A DNA stretch of 63,881 bases, counting the filler. It is 7 parts of 7 records of this genome, joined end to end, with 100 filler letters (N's around TTAATTAATTAA, not from the genome) between each part and the next. Parts side by side here need not be neighbours in the genome. Positions count along the whole stretch, not along the records: positions 1 to 17,221 come from DRR723986_8822; positions 17,322 to 25,997 come from DRR723986_8845; 5 more parts are not named here. One strand, given 5' to 3'. This document shows positions 11,219-21,912 of the stretch, piece after piece. Numbering within the stretch: the first letter of the stretch is position 1; each line of letters begins with the position of its first letter. The position numbers were made by a program, and so were the translations under genes. A model generated the notes under the pieces. That model was not told the origin of the DNA and did not search any database. It worked only from the letters and a program-made list of their open reading frames with translations.

Positions 11219-11830
11219 TTAAATAATGCCGCGCTCTTTCAGCATATTCAGCAGAACCTCTACTTCTTCGTCCAGGCTCAGCTCGTGGCTATTGAGAACC
11301 AGTTCTGGGCTTTCCGGTGCCTCGTAGGGGTCGTCAATACCAGTGAAGTTTTTGATCTCACCTGCACGGGCTTTTTTATACAGGCCTTTGGGGTCGCGCT
11401 CTTCAGCCACTTCCAACGGCACGTTCACGTATACCTCGATGAACGCCATATCGCTCTCTTCATGCAGCGCGCGCACCGCGTCGCGATCTTCGCGGTAAGG
11501 GCTGACAAAACTGCTCAGTACGATTACGCCTGTGTCGACAAATAATTTCGACACCTCACCAATGCGGCGAATATTTTCTGCGCGATCTTCTGCACTAAAG
11601 CCCAGGTTCTTGTTAATACCCATGCGGATATTGTCGCCATCCAGGCGATAGCAAAGGTGACCCTGCTGCATCAGCGCTTTTTCCAACGCCACGGCAACAG
11701 TACTCTTGCCGCTGCCAGACAAGCCGGTGAACCACAGCGTGGCACCTTTTTGTTTCAACAGTGCATTGCGGTCTTCACGGCTAACTTCGCCGTCGTGCCA
11801 GTGAACATTCGTAGCCTTCACTTCGGTCAT
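11219..11830 (-). CDS. cysC: Adenylyl-sulfate (APS) kinase
   Basis: WFTGLSGSGKST, LDGDNIR, RDPKGLYKKARAGEIKNFTGIDDPYE; GGAG RBS before ATG 11830. Confidence 0.97.
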   Translation of the reverse strand: MTEVKATNVHWHDGEVSREDRNALLKQKGATLWFTGLSGSGKSTVAVALEKALMQQGHLCYRLDGDNIRMGINKNLGFSAEDRAENIRRIGEVSKLFVDTGVIVLSSFVSPYREDRDAVRALHEESDMAFIEVYVNVPLEVAEERDPKGLYKKARAGEIKNFTGIDDPYEAPESPELVLNSHELSLDEEVEVLLNMLKERGII

Positions 11831-11948
11831 GGTGATCTCCACACTTGAGATAGCGTCAAAAGTAGACCAGCCGAACCGGCCAGTCAGAATTGGCGGCAAT
11901 GATACGACTGCCCCACCAACAAGTAAAACGGCTTATTGCTATACTCAG

Positions 11949-11965
11949 TATCGATTTTTTCGATA
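11949..11965. promoter_or_regulatory. LysR-type operator (ATC-N9-GAT palindrome)
   Basis: TATCGA-TTTTT-TCGATA between divergent cysC and LysR genes. Confidence 0.7.
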
Positions 11966-11998
11966 GCGGGAATAGCGCGAACACGCTACGCTTAGCCT

Positions 11999-12880
11999 AT
12001 GAACTACAGTCTGCGCCAACTCAGTATCTTCCTCGCCGTCGCCCGCCATGAAAACGTATCCAAGGCCGCGGCTGAGCTTAGCCTGTCTCAATCTGCGGCC
12101 AGCGCAGCGCTGCAAGCCTTGGAGCGAAACTACGGCGTGTCGCTGTTTGAGCGCCAGGGCAACAAACTGTCGTTAAACCCGGTCGGCCACAGCCTGCGCA
12201 AAGAGGCGGAAACACTGTACGCGCACGCACAGCAGTTTGAGCAACTGCTGCAACGCCACGGCGAGTTCGGGCACTTGAAGGTCGGCGCCAGCTTTACCAT
12301 TGGCAACCATCTGGTGGTGCGCTATCTCGCCGACTACCTGAGCCACTACCCCGATGCGGATGTTGAACTCGATACCGCCAATACCCCCGAGATCGTTCAG
12401 AAGGTTCTCAATTACGAGGTCGACGTTGGCATGATCGAACGGGAGGTTCAGCACAGAGAGCTGGAGTTGATCCCCTGGATGGAGGATGAGCTAATCGTTT
12501 TCTGCAGCGCCGCGCATCCCCTTGCCAAGCAGCAAAGCCTTAGTAACAAAGACATAAAAAGTGCTCGGTGGATTTTGCGCGAACCGGATTCAGGCGCGCG
12601 ACACACCTTCGACAGAGCACTGGCGGGGCTGCTGCCGGAAATCAATATTTATCGGGAATTTCGCCACAACGAGGCGATAAAAAGCGCCGTGGAGTCGGGC
12701 CTGGGTATTGGCTGCCTATCACAGGTGGTACTGCAAAATGACTTTCGTAACGGCACCCTGGTGCCACTTAAATTGGCGCGTCGGGATATGCGCCGCCGCT
12801 TTTACTTCGCCCTGCCAAAAAAGCGGCACGAAAAAGCGGCAGTGAACTACTGGATAGAACTCTGCCGCCGCCAACGCTAG
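11999..12880 (+). CDS. LysR-family regulator, YeiE/FinR/CysL-like
   Basis: HTH SLRQLSIF..ENVSKAAAELSLSQSAAS; GASFTIGNH, WILREPDSGAR, EAIKSAVESGLGIGCLS. Confidence 0.88.
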   Translation: MNYSLRQLSIFLAVARHENVSKAAAELSLSQSAASAALQALERNYGVSLFERQGNKLSLNPVGHSLRKEAETLYAHAQQFEQLLQRHGEFGHLKVGASFTIGNHLVVRYLADYLSHYPDADVELDTANTPEIVQKVLNYEVDVGMIEREVQHRELELIPWMEDELIVFCSAAHPLAKQQSLSNKDIKSARWILREPDSGARHTFDRALAGLLPEINIYREFRHNEAIKSAVESGLGIGCLSQVVLQNDFRNGTLVPLKLARRDMRRRFYFALPKKRHEKAAVNYWIELCRRQR

Positions 12881-12888
12881 TCGCCGCG

Positions 12889-14064
12889 TTAAAGGTATTT
12901 GGCGCGGTAGTCGGCAAACATCGCTTTCAACTGCGACTCGGTAAAACCGAATTGCGCTAGCGTGTACTCATGGGCGGGACGTGCGTCGCGTTTATTGTCC
13001 TCACGGTAACGCTCCATGGCATCGCGTGCCTCATCGGTGAATGCCATACCAATAAATTGATACACCGACTCCATGCTCTTCAGCGGGTCGCTAATCGTGT
13101 CTTTGTACCACACGTCGAGAAAGGCGTCGGGATATTGCTCCCGTGTTGCCATGGTGTGCAACGTACCCCGGGCGTATTTCTTCGCCCATTGTTCGCCTAC
13201 CACGGTTGGGTCCACATCGTCGCTACCCATAATCCACAGGTTGTAGTTCATACTGGCTGCCGACGGAATGGTTTGCAGCGGGTCGCGGTGGGTCTGCACG
13301 ATTTTGGCGTCGGGAAAAACCTTCAACAAGACAGCGATATGATGCAAGTGATGAGGTGTTTTCAGCAACCAGCGTTCAGCCTGTTGGCCGTTGCGTTTTT
13401 TCTGCCACTGCAAAAACTGCAGCATGCGCTTCAAATATTCATAGGCTGGGGTGTTGTCGTGGCTGTCGTTCCACTCCCCGTAACTGGGAACATTGCAAAA
13501 CGCGTCGGGGATTGTGCTGTAAAAGCTGTGCTCCAGCAGCAAAATATCCTCATCGGCACCCACCGGATCCATGGGGTGAATGGCCGCGATCTCTGGGTTA
13601 GCCTCCAGCATCGCTGCAATCTCCTGCTCTGCCGAAGTAATCCTTGGGTCCTTGCCGCTAAAATCCCAATCAAGCGCTGGCGCGGGGTTACGCACTTCAT
13701 ACCAAAGTGGCGCATAGAAGCGCTGGTCACTGGCCAAAATGCGATGGGTGTATGTCGATCCCGTGCGCTGCAAACCGATAATCACCACCGGTGACAGCAC
13801 TTTCTCGTCGAGGATCTCCGGGTGCTTACTAATCCAGGCTTCCATTCTCAGACGGTTAATCAAAATATTCAGAATGCGTTGATACTGCCCGAAGCGGCCC
13901 GCAGCATTGAGCTTGGCTTCCTCGTTTAACGCCTTTACCAACACCGCCATTGGCTCGCGAAATGACTCGTCGCCAAAATCGCGTAAACCGCCCGTTGCCT
14001 CGGTAGCTGCTTGTAAAAGCGAATCAACACTGAGATCCACCTGCGGAATTGCCTGCTCTGTCAT
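12889..14064 (-). CDS. PAPS-dependent sulfotransferase (Sulfotransfer_3, mycobacterial-type)
   Basis: PVVIIGLQRTGST (5'-PSB loop), WLLKTPHH, IVQTHRDP (3'-PB). Confidence 0.9.
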   Translation of the reverse strand: MTEQAIPQVDLSVDSLLQAATEATGGLRDFGDESFREPMAVLVKALNEEAKLNAAGRFGQYQRILNILINRLRMEAWISKHPEILDEKVLSPVVIIGLQRTGSTYTHRILASDQRFYAPLWYEVRNPAPALDWDFSGKDPRITSAEQEIAAMLEANPEIAAIHPMDPVGADEDILLLEHSFYSTIPDAFCNVPSYGEWNDSHDNTPAYEYLKRMLQFLQWQKKRNGQQAERWLLKTPHHLHHIAVLLKVFPDAKIVQTHRDPLQTIPSAASMNYNLWIMGSDDVDPTVVGEQWAKKYARGTLHTMATREQYPDAFLDVWYKDTISDPLKSMESVYQFIGMAFTDEARDAMERYREDNKRDARPAHEYTLAQFGFTESQLKAMFADYRAKYL

Positions 14065-14092
14065 GGTGCTTTCCTTACTCGTTTCGCGATTG

Positions 14093-15229
14093 TTATTGTA
14101 GTGTGTCGATTTTTACCACGCTGCAGCGCGGGTCGGTGATGTGTGCTGCGCCAATCCAGCGAAAGGCCATGGTGCCCTCACGGTGCCCCGTGGTATCTAA
14201 CCAATTCGCGCAGCCCGGATCGCGAGCCGCGACGACTATGCGCACGCTGCCATCGTCGCGATACTGCGCGGTATGTTTATTCACATGGATATCGACGTAG
14301 CGGTATTCCAGCGACTCCATCCAGTAATTGTTGAGCTGGAAATTCCAGTTGTCGCAATCGGGAATATCGTCGACTTCGATCACAAGCACTTCATCGTCTG
14401 CCAGACAAAAATAGCCGTGGTAGTAATAGATATTGGGGTCGCCACCCAGTTTTTGGCAGTAGGCTTGGTCGGCGGCAGGAAGGCTATTGGGCTGCGCTTT
14501 AAAGCCCTCGGCCCAGTCGGCGAACAGAGTGGCGGTGCCCTTGACAAAGGCTGCGGTACTGCGCAGTTTTCGAGCAAATTCTGCAGCATCCAGGGGCGCT
14601 GGCTTAACGCCGTTGCGGTCGAGGCGCTCAATAATCAGATCTGCCGCGACTTCGGTTTTCCGGTCAAGAAACGTCTGGCGCACCAGCACCGCCACGGTGT
14701 CCTCGGTGATTGCCAACCAATTCCCGGGGTGAGGTTTACGGGACAGAATAATGTCGATGCTGCCATCGTCATTCACTTCCAAACCGCCATGGGTATCCAG
14801 CGCCGCGACCGAGCGCATATTGCCGTCTTCTTCTTCATAGCCGCCAGCAATCGCGATGAAGCCCAGATACGCGACACTGCCGCGGCTTCCGCGAATTCGA
14901 TAGTCGTGAGCGCCATTGATCTCGGCACGTTGATAGTAGTTATCCGGGTTGTCCGCACCAATTTTGGCGGTTTCGTGCGAGGGGCGATAAAAGTCGGGGA
15001 AGTCCGGATCACTGCACTCGACAAACATATCCAGTGCAATGCGCGTTAAGCGCGTGAGGTAGCGCCATCCTTCGGCACGGTGCAGGGCATCTTGCGGGGC
15101 TTCAGGGCGCAAAATCTGCTGGCCAGCGTCTTTGAGTTGATCGCAGAACTCCGCCCAAAGCTCTCCGCTCACTACCGCATCCATCTCAGCGTTTACCGGG
15201 CTACCATTCGCCTTAGCATTATCAGTCAT
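14093..15229 (-). CDS. DUF1214-like protein co-transcribed with the sulfotransferase
   Basis: KIGADNPDNYY, YRIRGSRGSV, VLVRQTFLD, WNFQLNNYWMESL, DGSVRIVVAARDPG..NWLDTTGHREG..RW. Confidence 0.75.
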   Translation of the reverse strand: MTDNAKANGSPVNAEMDAVVSGELWAEFCDQLKDAGQQILRPEAPQDALHRAEGWRYLTRLTRIALDMFVECSDPDFPDFYRPSHETAKIGADNPDNYYQRAEINGAHDYRIRGSRGSVAYLGFIAIAGGYEEEDGNMRSVAALDTHGGLEVNDDGSIDIILSRKPHPGNWLAITEDTVAVLVRQTFLDRKTEVAADLIIERLDRNGVKPAPLDAAEFARKLRSTAAFVKGTATLFADWAEGFKAQPNSLPAADQAYCQKLGGDPNIYYYHGYFCLADDEVLVIEVDDIPDCDNWNFQLNNYWMESLEYRYVDIHVNKHTAQYRDDGSVRIVVAARDPGCANWLDTTGHREGTMAFRWIGAAHITDPRCSVVKIDTLQ

Positions 15230-15303
15230 CGTGCTCTCCCATTATTATGGCAGGCACTATGGCGTTAAATGGCAACGGTAGGCATCACCCAGAGGGATGA
15301 AAA

Positions 15304-15987
15304 TCAGCCTTCACGAATGCGCTTATACCACTGCGCAGGCTCGGCGATTTCACCATCTTCCTCGCGCAACGCTGGGTACTCCAAGCCATTCTCACGACAA
15401 AAGTCGCGAACTTGCGGATGAGCCCATTCAAACAGGGTTTGCCGGTAGGTCTGTTCATCCAGTCGGGGTCGATCGTACAAACCCTGCTGGTCGCGCTGAT
15501 ACTGCGCCTCCGAAAGGATAATGCCAGCCGCCACTGACACATTATACGACTGCACCATGCCCATCATCGGAATCGTGATGTGCGCATCAGCCAGGGCGCA
15601 CGCTTCAGCGCTTACGCCCCGCTTTTCCGCCCCCAGTAATATTGCCGTGGGCCGGGTGTAGTCGGGTTGGCGGTAATCCACCGAGTCTGCGTCAAGATGG
15701 GCGGCAAGGACCTGATAACCATCGCCCTGAAGCCCTGTAATCAACGCCGCAATATCGCGGTGGCGGCGCACCGCTACCCAGCTGTGGCTGCCCATCGCCG
15801 TACCGCGGAAAGCCTTGTAGTCCTTATCGTCGATTACTGCGTGCATTTCCGCGATGCCCGCCGCATCGGCGGTGCGCACTATCGCCGATAAATTACGCCC
15901 TTTGTGGACATTGTCGGTGATGACCGTCAAATCAGGCTGGCGACGATCCAGCACGGCTCTGAGCCGTTGGTAGCGTTCCGGGGTCAT
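15304..15987 (-). CDS. trmH: tRNA (guanosine-18-2'-O)-methyltransferase
   Basis: MTPERY..LDRRQPDLTV, NLSAIVRTADA, GAEKRGVS, IPMMGMVQSYNVSVAA SPOUT motifs. Confidence 0.95.
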   Translation of the reverse strand: MTPERYQRLRAVLDRRQPDLTVITDNVHKGRNLSAIVRTADAAGIAEMHAVIDDKDYKAFRGTAMGSHSWVAVRRHRDIAALITGLQGDGYQVLAAHLDADSVDYRQPDYTRPTAILLGAEKRGVSAEACALADAHITIPMMGMVQSYNVSVAAGIILSEAQYQRDQQGLYDRPRLDEQTYRQTLFEWAHPQVRDFCRENGLEYPALREEDGEIAEPAQWYKRIREG

Positions 15988-16012
15988 GGTAGATACACGT
16001 CAAAAACCGCCA

Positions 16013-16438
16013 TTATACCTGCATATCAATCACGGCCATGGTCAACCGTGAGATACAGATATCACGCTGTTGCTCGTCGCAGATGCGAATATCCCAAACG
16101 TGGGTGGTGCGGCCAATATGAACGGGCTTGGCAACCGCCGTTACGCGGCCGCTTACCACCTTGCGCAGATGGTTGGCATTGATATCCAAACCGACACAGG
16201 CCTTACCGGGTTCTGCAGCCATCATCGCGGCCATACTCCCCACCGTTTCGGCCAGAACCACGGACGCCCCGCCGTGAAGAATACCCATTGGCTGGTGGGT
16301 TCTGTGGTCCACCGGCATGCTGGCTGTCAGCGAGTCTTCTGCAATCGCCTCAATGCGAATATCCAACACCTCGGCAATGGTGTTTTTCATCATCTCATTG
16401 GCTTTTTCAACATCACTATTTTGCTTCCACAAGGTCAC
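16013..16438 (-). CDS. PaaI/MenI(YdiI)-type hotdog-fold thioesterase
   Basis: MPVDHRTHQPMGILHGGASVVLAE, GLDINANHLR; AAGGAG RBS before GTG 16438. Confidence 0.9.
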   Translation of the reverse strand: MTLWKQNSDVEKANEMMKNTIAEVLDIRIEAIAEDSLTASMPVDHRTHQPMGILHGGASVVLAETVGSMAAMMAAEPGKACVGLDINANHLRKVVSGRVTAVAKPVHIGRTTHVWDIRICDEQQRDICISRLTMAVIDMQV

Positions 16439-16564
16439 GTTTTTCTCCTTTTGTACTACATCCAAGCCCTTTTCCTGCGCGTATGCGGAGCTAGTGGCTT
16501 TTAAAGTTTTCCCTGTTAACATGTAGGAAAATAAGGTCAAAATCTATCACAAAGGAGGTCAGCC

Positions 16565-17221
16565 ATGAGCGGCATGCCACGATATATTTACGAAGAAGAA
16601 CATGAAATGTTCCGCAACTCGGTGCGTAAATTCTTGGAAACTGAGGCAGCGCCCTACCACGCCCAGTGGGAAAAAGATGGCCATGTCGACCGTCAGTTGT
16701 GGATTAAAGCCGGCGAGCAAGGCTTCCTTAGCCCCACCGTGGCAGAGGAATACGGCGGCGTCGGCGCAGATTTCCGCTACAACGCCATCGTCGACGAAGA
16801 AGTGGGCCGCAGTGGCCTGACCGGTATTGGCTGGGGCTTGCACTCTGATATCGCCGTTCCCTACATCATCAGCTACGGCAACGAGGCACAGAAAGAGAAG
16901 TATTTGCCCAAGTGCGTGAGCGGCGAAATCATCACCGCCATCGCCATGACAGAGCCCGGTGCCGGCTCCGACCTGCAGGGCATTAAAACCACTGCCGTAA
17001 AAGATGGTGACGACTACATTATCAACGGCTCCAAAACCTTCATTACTAACGGTCAGCTCTCTGACCTGGTGATTGTGGTTGCCAAAACCGACCCCAGCGC
17101 CGGCGCCAAGGGCGTTAGTTTGTTTTTGGTGGAGTCGGGAACACCCGGGTTTAGCAAAGGTGCAAACCTAGAGAAGGTAGGCATGAAGGCTCAGGACACC
17201 TCCGAGCTGTTCTTCCAGGAT
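16565..17221 (+). CDS. Acyl-CoA dehydrogenase (long-chain type), 3'-truncated
   Basis: AIAMTEPGAGSDL, INGSKTFITNG, KVGMKAQDTSELFF. Confidence 0.95.
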
Positions 17222-17321
17222 NNNNNNNNNNNNNNNNNNNNNNNNNNNNNNNNNNNNNNNNNNNNTTAATTAATTAANNNNNNNNNNNNNNNNNNNNNNN
17301 NNNNNNNNNNNNNNNNNNNNN
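17222..17321. other. Artificial contig linker
   Basis: N44-TTAATTAATTAA-N44; stops in all six frames. Confidence 0.99.
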
Positions 17322-19279
17322 GCATTGTCTGGCGCGCGACTCTGGCGCTGGTGCTGATCCTTGCCGGGGCCACCGCCTATATCTATTCCACCCTGCCCCC
17401 GATGACCGAACTTGTGGACGGCCGTGCGCGCGGGTCGGTCACGATGCTGGATCGGGACGGCAATGTCTTTGCCTGGCGGGGTGAGCAATTTGGCGGGTTG
17501 ATCGACACGGAAACCGTTTCGGAACACGTGGTCAACGCCATTGTCGCGACCGAGGACCGACGGTTTTTCCGCCATTGGGGGATTTCCCCGCGCGGTATCG
17601 CGTCTGCCATCCGCATCAACCTGCGCGAAGGGCGCGGTCCGCTGGAAGGCCATGGCGGGTCCACCATCACGCAGCAGGTGGCCAAGCTGCTGTGTCTGGG
17701 CGTTGCCTTCGACCCCGATGAATGGGAAAGCGAGGCAGAGTATGAAGCCGACTGCCGCCGGGGCAGCCTGTGGCGCAAGATCCAGGAACTGCCGTTCTCG
17801 CTGGCGATGGAATTGCGCTATACCAAGCACGAAATCCTGACAATCTACCTGAACCGCGCCTATATGGGTGCCGGGGCTTATGGGGTCGAGGCAGCCTCGC
17901 AGCGCTATTTCGGCCACTCTGCGACCGAGATCACTCCGCAAGAAGGCGCGATGATTGCCGGGCTGCTGACCGCGCCGTCACGCTTTGCCCCGACATCCAG
18001 CCTGGAACGCTCTCAGGACCGCGCCGCCGTGGTGTTGGGCCTGATGGAGGAGCAAGGGTATCTGACCGCCGCCGAGGCTGCCGAGGCGCGCGCCAACCCC
18101 GCCACGTTGTCCGAGGCCGCAGAGGCCCGCGCAGGGGGCTATTTCGCCGATTGGGTGATGACGCAAGGCCCGGACTTCCTGCTGCGCGAAACCACCGAAG
18201 ACGTGATCATCCGCACCAGCTTCGATCCCCGGATGCAACTGGCCGCCGAGGCCGCACTGGTGGACGTGTTCGAAAATCAGGTGCGCGAAGGGTCCGAGGC
18301 CGAGGCCGCGATTATTGTCATGTCAGCGGACGGCGCGGTGCGCGCCATGGTCGGCGGCAGGCAAGAGGGCACGGGTCTGTTCAACCGCGCCACGATGGCG
18401 ATGCGGCAGACGGGATCGGCCTTCAAGCCCTTTGTCTATGCCACCGCGCTGGACCTTGGTTGGCGATTTGACGATCTGGTTGAGGACGCGCCGCTAACGA
18501 TCAACGTGCCGGGGTCGGGGCCATACAGCCCGCGAAACTACACCGGCGAATTCTATGGCACCGTGACTTTGACAGAGGCGCTGAGGGCCTCGTTGAACAC
18601 GCCCGCCGTGCGATTGTCAGAGGAAGTGGGCCGCGACCTGGTGCGCACGGTTGCGTCAGAGTTTGGCATCGAAAGCGATCTGGCGCTTGGTCCGGCGCTG
18701 GCGCTCGGCGCATCGGAAAGCACGCTCATCGAGATGACGGGGGCCTATGCGGGCATCCTGAACGGCGGATCTGCCGTGACGCCCTATGGCCTGATCGATC
18801 TGCGTCTGGTAGGCGATACAGAGCCGATGATGGGGCAGGGCGGCGGTATTCGCGAACGGGTAATCTCGGAATTCGCGGCGCGGCAGCTGACCTACATGAT
18901 GGCGCAGGTTGTGGCAAACGGCACCGGCCAGCGGGCGCAACTGCCCGACCGGCCGGTCGCGGGCAAGACCGGCACGACAACATCGGCGCGCGACGCTTGG
19001 TTCATCGGGTTCACGGCGGATTATGTGGCCGGGGTCTGGATGGGCTATGACGACAACTCGCCCATGTCCGGCGTCACTGGCGGCGGGTTGCCTGCGGAAA
19101 TCTGGCGGCAGACGATGGAAACCATCCATGACGGCTTGCCGCCGCGACCCTTGCCGATGATCGACCCGGCCCAAGAGGCGCGCCCGGAGCCGATAGAAGA
19201 GGCGCCGGGTCGCAGGCCGGATATTGCCGAACAGATCCTGATGGAGGTTCTGGGGCTGCTTGGGGCGAACCGGAACTAG
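17322..19279 (+). CDS. Class A penicillin-binding protein (transglycosylase/transpeptidase), 5'-truncated
   Basis: EDRRF, GGSTITQQVAK, RKIQE, YLNRAY; SAFK, SLN, KTGT. Confidence 0.95.
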
Positions 19280-21222
19280 GGGGCCGTCAGCGCGAAGGAA
19301 AGCCCGGGCGCGCGCCTGAACGCCCCCGCCAGAAGGTCAAGCCCGGCGGGGCTGAGGTGCTGTTCGTCGAAATAAAGCAGGGGTCCGTCCTGCACCGGAC
19401 AGGCGCTGTCATCGCAGAGCAGCGCGAAACGGTCGATGAACCGCGCGCCGAAAGTGTCCGCATAGGTCCGCAGATCCGTATTGACCGCAGCGACATCGAA
19501 CGCAAACCGGTCTGGCCCTTGCGGGGGCAGGGCGGCAGGGTCTTCGCCGGAAAAGGCTGCGCTTTGCACGAAGCCTTCCATCGGGGTGTCGAATGTCGGA
19601 CCGGGTCCGATGACGATGATCTCGGCCCCAAGTCTCTCCAGAACTGCCAAAGTGGCCTGAGCCCCTTCATGTTCCCCTTGCCACCAGCGAGAGGCCAGCA
19701 TCACGCGGGTCAGGCCGGCCTCGGCCACAGCTTGGGTCAGCACCTGTTCCAGTTCGGGGAAGCACAGGGACCGGCCCCTTATATAGGTGGCGGGCACACA
19801 GGAGGACTGGTGCAGCATCACCACCGGTTGATCCGGGAAGGCGCGTGTCAGGGCCATCAGAACATCCCGCCCGTGGCTGTCGCCGACCAGCAGCAGGGGC
19901 CGTTCGCCGGGCGGGGCGGTGGACAGGCATTCCACCATCGACCCGGCGTCGGCGATGTCATCGAAACTGCAATAGCGGATGCCGGGAAAGGCACCGGCTT
20001 GCAGATCATCCATCAGCGCCAGATACTCAGCGCGGGCGGTGTCGATCTCTGTCATGGCGGTGCGCAGGCCCGAGAGCGGCAGCGCCGCGCGTAGGGTGAC
20101 TCCAACCCCGGTTGGCAGAGTCAGACCTGTCAGGGCGACCATCGCCAGTACCGGCCCCGCCGAACGCAGGATCGCGGAAGACGACCGGAACCGAGCACCG
20201 CTGCGTACCGGGGTTTCAACATACCGGTAGATCAGATGACCAAGGAACAGGCTGGCCAGAAGGGCCACGGACAGCACGTCCTCGGACTGGCCCATATTGG
20301 CGGGGGTGACGGTCACGAAAAGCGGCCAGTGGATCAGGTAGATCGCATAGGACCGCACCCCGACCCACAGCATGGGGCGCCGTTCCAGCAGCCAACGAAC
20401 CGGGTCGCGCGACTGGATCGGGGCCAGCAGAACGATGCTGGTTCCCAGCACGGCCCACGCTGCCCCGAGGCCGGGAAACCGGGCCGGAGCGCCGCCGAAG
20501 ATGGCCCAAAGAACCAAGCCAAGGCCAACCGCCCGTAGTCCTGCTCCTACGAGCGGCACCCGCGACAGAAATGGTGGCAGCAGCGCCACGATCCCGCCCG
20601 CAGCGAATTCCCAGAACCGGGGCATCACCCCGAAGAACGCCCAACTGCCGCGTCCCGTGGCGATCAGGTATTCGGCAAAAGCCAGCGACCCGGCGGCCAG
20701 CAGCGTCAAGGCAATCAGCCGCCCCAACCGGCCGAAGCGATGGACCGCCATCAGCACCACGGGCGTCACCAGATAGAACTGCCATTCCAGCGACAGGGAC
20801 CATGTGTGCAGCAACAGGTTGGTATCGCTGGCGCGGGCAAAGTAATCGGCCTCGGACAGGAACTGATAGTTGGAGTAGAAGAAACCGGCACTGAGGAAAT
20901 GGCCCGCGAATTCCTCGAATGCGCCCTGGCCTTTCAACAGCAGCGCCGAGATCAGCGCGAAACCCAGAACCGGCAGCATTGCGGGCAGAAGGCGGCGCAC
21001 CCGGCGCAGCCAGAACCTTCCGGGGTGAAACCGGTCTTCGGACAGGGCCGCAGTGATCTTTTGGGTGATCAGATAGCCAGACAGGACAAGGAACACATCC
21101 ACGCCCATGAAGCCGCCCGCGAAATCGTTGTAGCCCGCGTGATAGCCAAGCACGGCCAAGACCGCGATGGCGCGCAGGCCGTCCAGTTCGTGGCGGTAAG
21201 CGGGGGCGGTTGGTTTGGTCAC
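19276..21222 (-). CDS. OafA/OatA-like acyltransferase-3 fused to an SGNH domain
   Basis: DGLRAIAV, GVDVFLVLSGYLIT, HTWSLSLEWQFY; VGDSHG and DEQH catalytic motifs. Confidence 0.92.
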   Translation of the reverse strand: MTKPTAPAYRHELDGLRAIAVLAVLGYHAGYNDFAGGFMGVDVFLVLSGYLITQKITAALSEDRFHPGRFWLRRVRRLLPAMLPVLGFALISALLLKGQGAFEEFAGHFLSAGFFYSNYQFLSEADYFARASDTNLLLHTWSLSLEWQFYLVTPVVLMAVHRFGRLGRLIALTLLAAGSLAFAEYLIATGRGSWAFFGVMPRFWEFAAGGIVALLPPFLSRVPLVGAGLRAVGLGLVLWAIFGGAPARFPGLGAAWAVLGTSIVLLAPIQSRDPVRWLLERRPMLWVGVRSYAIYLIHWPLFVTVTPANMGQSEDVLSVALLASLFLGHLIYRYVETPVRSGARFRSSSAILRSAGPVLAMVALTGLTLPTGVGVTLRAALPLSGLRTAMTEIDTARAEYLALMDDLQAGAFPGIRYCSFDDIADAGSMVECLSTAPPGERPLLLVGDSHGRDVLMALTRAFPDQPVVMLHQSSCVPATYIRGRSLCFPELEQVLTQAVAEAGLTRVMLASRWWQGEHEGAQATLAVLERLGAEIIVIGPGPTFDTPMEGFVQSAAFSGEDPAALPPQGPDRFAFDVAAVNTDLRTYADTFGARFIDRFALLCDDSACPVQDGPLLYFDEQHLSPAGLDLLAGAFRRAPGLSFALTAP

Positions 21223-21300
21223 GGGGTGCGGCTGCCTGCGTCTCGTTGCCGGAAAGGTCCGGCTAGTTAGGGCAGCGCGCGCCCGTGTGGCAAGGCCCGG

Positions 21301-21912
21301 TCAGTTGGCGTTGCGCAGATCGGCGATCATCGCATCCAGATCGCCGCGGTTTCGGTCCAGCATGGCGCCGACCTCTTCCGCTTCGGTGGTGCGCAGATTG
21401 ATGCCCTCGATGATCAGGTTGAACACCCGCGCCTGGCCAGAGCCATCGGAGACCAGCCAGATGACGTCGAACGGTGCCTCGCCGCGCAGCTGCGCGACCG
21501 ATGTTACCTCGAAGAAATTGCGGATGGCGCGGGCGCCGGTTACTTCGATCTCACCGCCAATCAACTCGCGAAAGCGGCTGCCGTATTTACGTGAGATATA
21601 AGCGCTGAACGCATCGACGAAGGCGCTTCGCTGTGCAGCAGAGGCCCGCCGCCAATCTACGCCCAGAACCGACTGAGCGATGATCGGCATATCGGCATAG
21701 ACGTCCAGCAGGCTTTCGAAATCGGCGTACATTCGGGTTTCGGACCGGCCCGAGTTGATCAGATCATACAGATCGCTGACCAGCCGTTCGACAAGGGTTT
21801 GCGCGGCGCCGACGGTTAGCGCCCAAAGGCGGCCGGGCATGGCAAAGGCAGCTACGCCAGCGCCGGTCAGTCCGAGAAAGGCCCGCCGGGTGAGGCTGAA
21901 CTTACTGGGCAT
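21301..21912 (-). CDS. mlaC: MlaC/Ttg2D phospholipid-binding periplasmic protein
   Basis: SVLGVDWRRASAAQR..F, VFNLIIEGINL; overlaps mlaA stop; twin-Arg leader LTRRAFL. Confidence 0.85.
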   Translation of the reverse strand: MPSKFSLTRRAFLGLTGAGVAAFAMPGRLWALTVGAAQTLVERLVSDLYDLINSGRSETRMYADFESLLDVYADMPIIAQSVLGVDWRRASAAQRSAFVDAFSAYISRKYGSRFRELIGGEIEVTGARAIRNFFEVTSVAQLRGEAPFDVIWLVSDGSGQARVFNLIIEGINLRTTEAEEVGAMLDRNRGDLDAMIADLRNAN

